From NCBI GenBank assembly GCA_963771355.1, contig CAVYTA010000007.1, positions 128,001 through 192,000 on the forward strand: DNA of 64,000 bases. Reading direction: 5' to 3'. The notes beneath the pieces were generated by a model. The model searched no databases. It saw nothing but the letters and a program-made list of their open reading frames with translations, and was not told the DNA's origin. Below are positions 62,368 to 64,000 of the stretch, in pieces. Position 1 is the first letter of the stretch, and every line of letters begins with the position of its first letter. Source of the DNA: an uncultured Candidatus Rokubacteria bacterium. GTDB lineage: Bacteria > Methylomirabilota > Methylomirabilia > Rokubacteriales > CSP1-6. A program made the position numbers and the translations under genes.

Positions 62368-63582
62368 TCAGAACACAACCTTGAGCAATTGCTTCAGAAG
62401 CTCCTCCAGCGACACCATGGTGAGGAGGAGCGGCACCACCGGCAGGAGGGTGATCACCGCGAGCTGGAGCACCACGTCCCTCGTGAATGGCACCGGGCGC
62501 ATGCTCCGGACGAGCTCGAAGCTATTACCCAGGTCGGCAAGGGACTGGATGTCGGCACTCCCCACCAGCGGCTCGTCGGCCGGCGCGCCCCCGCGAAGCC
62601 ACTTGTCGTCGAACTCCCGCACGTAGCGCTGGGCCAGGGTGCCGTACTCGCGCAGGCCGACGCGCCTCGCCAGTGCGAGATGCGGCATGAAGAGCAGGAG
62701 CGGCCCCAGCAGGATGAGCAGGAGGAACGCGACGACCACGACCAGCTCGGCCTTGAAGTCCGGCAGCTTCGCGGCCTGAAAGAAGATCTGACTGGCGATC
62801 AGCCCGGCCAGCATAACCCCATGGGCCAGGAGCACGGGCGCAAACGCGACCACGGTACCGGACAGGAAGCCGAGACCACCGGCGCGATCCGGATGCGTGG
62901 GCACCAGGCTGAGATCGCACCGCGTGACCTGCCAGAGGAACCGTACCCACACGAACAGCCGGAAGTACCAGCGGAGGAGGATGAACTGAAACAGCGGGAG
63001 GCTCACGTAGACGAACCACCAGCCGGCCGCGGAAAGCTGCCGGCCGCTCCCCGTCGGCATCGCGTACCACGTCGGCACACTCAGGGCGTACCGAGGCCAG
63101 ATGTAGAGGACGCCGACGAGATACACGAAGGCGATCAGCAGCACTTCCGCGGCGACCGAGTTTCGGAGGCGCACCGCCGAGGCCATGGCGGCGTCGAACC
63201 TCGCCCGAGACCTCTCGGGAATCAGGCCGCGCTCCAGGAACTGCCGCGCCACCGGGCGCATCCGCTGATGCACCACCAGCTCCGCCACGATGAGCAGGGG
63301 CAGCGCAAGCAGGAGCCGGACGTGCACCTCGATGTCCACCAGGAACGGCACCGTGACCGCGTCGCCCCATGCGCGCCCGCCCAGGATCGAGAGGATGAAC
63401 AGGGGGAGCCAGGCGAAGAGCGAGATCACGACGACCCGGCGGACCAGCAGCTCCAGCGCGTTCCCGGACAGATGGGCGCGCGCGATAAGCTGGAACAGCG
63501 GGCCGCCCAGGACCAGCGAGAAGTCATACGGGTCCGCTGGCGGCTTCACGTTCACCGAGGGCGTACGACTCACCTCTGCCAT
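62368..63582 (-). CDS. Hypothetical polytopic membrane protein
   Basis: FSLVLGGPLFQ, HPDRAGGLGFL, EFDDKW, GSADIQSLADL; multiple TM segments. Confidence 0.8.
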   Translation of the reverse strand: MAEVSRTPSVNVKPPADPYDFSLVLGGPLFQLIARAHLSGNALELLVRRVVVISLFAWLPLFILSILGGRAWGDAVTVPFLVDIEVHVRLLLALPLLIVAELVVHQRMRPVARQFLERGLIPERSRARFDAAMASAVRLRNSVAAEVLLIAFVYLVGVLYIWPRYALSVPTWYAMPTGSGRQLSAAGWWFVYVSLPLFQFILLRWYFRLFVWVRFLWQVTRCDLSLVPTHPDRAGGLGFLSGTVVAFAPVLLAHGVMLAGLIASQIFFQAAKLPDFKAELVVVVAFLLLILLGPLLLFMPHLALARRVGLREYGTLAQRYVREFDDKWLRGGAPADEPLVGSADIQSLADLGNSFELVRSMRPVPFTRDVVLQLAVITLLPVVPLLLTMVSLEELLKQLLKVVF

Positions 63583-63751
63583 GTAACTGAACCCGTCCTC
63601 ACGACAGAGGCTTTCATGTGTGTGTCCTCCTGGCCTTCAATTCCCCGGAATCGGCACCATGGGCGGCTGTGTCATCGGCTCCTGGCACGAGGGTGACGGC
63701 CGAATATGGACATGCCACGGCGAGGGGGCGAACGACCCGCCGCGCCGCCGG

Positions 63752-63780
63752 AAGGTATCGCGCGGATGCGGCCCTGTCAA
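63752..63780 (-). promoter_or_regulatory. Sigma70 promoter for the membrane protein gene
   Basis: Minus strand TTGACA-N17-TACCTT. Confidence 0.6.
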
Positions 63781-63825
63781 GCGACCTCTGACGGCATCGC
63801 CGGCCACTTGACCGGGACGTTTCGC

Positions 63826-64000
63826 TCAGCCGTCCCGCCGGGACTGCAGTTCCATTGACACGAGGCGAGCCAGCATGATCGCGAGATAAAGCTGTCCGGT
63901 CAGCGCCTCCAGCACCGCGAGCGCGCGCGCGAGGGGATGCACGGGCATGATGTCCCCGTAGCCCATCGTCGTCAGCGTCACGAAGCTGTAGTACATCCAC
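63826..64000 (-). CDS. Potassium channel family protein, C-terminal fragment (absent from the ORF track)
   Basis: Minus frame WMYYSFVTLTTMGYGDIMPVHPLARALAVLEALTGQLYLAIMLARLV; TxGYGD filter. Confidence 0.9.
   Translation of the reverse strand, partial: WMYYSFVTLTTMGYGDIMPVHPLARALAVLEALTGQLYLAIMLARLVSMELQSRRDG

Overview
High-GC bacterial chromosomal window. Gene content (zinc-ribbon/cyclase/AAA/TPR protein, orphan ABC_sub_bind protein, multi-GAF kinase) suggests Ca. Rokubacteria/Methylomirabilota; this is inference only. 1-6 kb: ileS-lspA-rluD and glmU-glmS. 6-13 kb: small accessory/detox genes. 13-27 kb: uvrD-gatCAB-ftsEX-envC-ctpA-yibQ-tsaD-ntrBC. 27-42 kb: TPP riboswitch-thiC, GAF hybrid kinase, ggt-SDR-LLM operon, a 52-aa SWIB-like basic protein missing from the ORF track, and HU. 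42-64 kb: accessory envelope/stress region (DUF481, cydAB, frameshifted cyclase-AAA, HdeD, binding proteins, lipoprotein cluster, tal-ppgK-gnd-zwf, META lipoprotein, K+ channel fragment). The main observation is a palindromic 16-mer (consensus TAGGACCWTGGTCCTA) at three intergenic sites with the same spacing to promoter-like hexamers, pointing to a candidate DosR/NarL-like regulon. Other observations: a CTG start or in-frame gnd-TAG-zwf junction, a mini-ORF relay between gatC and gatA, a sigma54-type promoter at glmU, recurrent near-leaderless starts and a Cys-less glutaredoxin. No rRNA, tRNA, CRISPR array or transposase was seen. All calls come from reading motifs, not from database searches.
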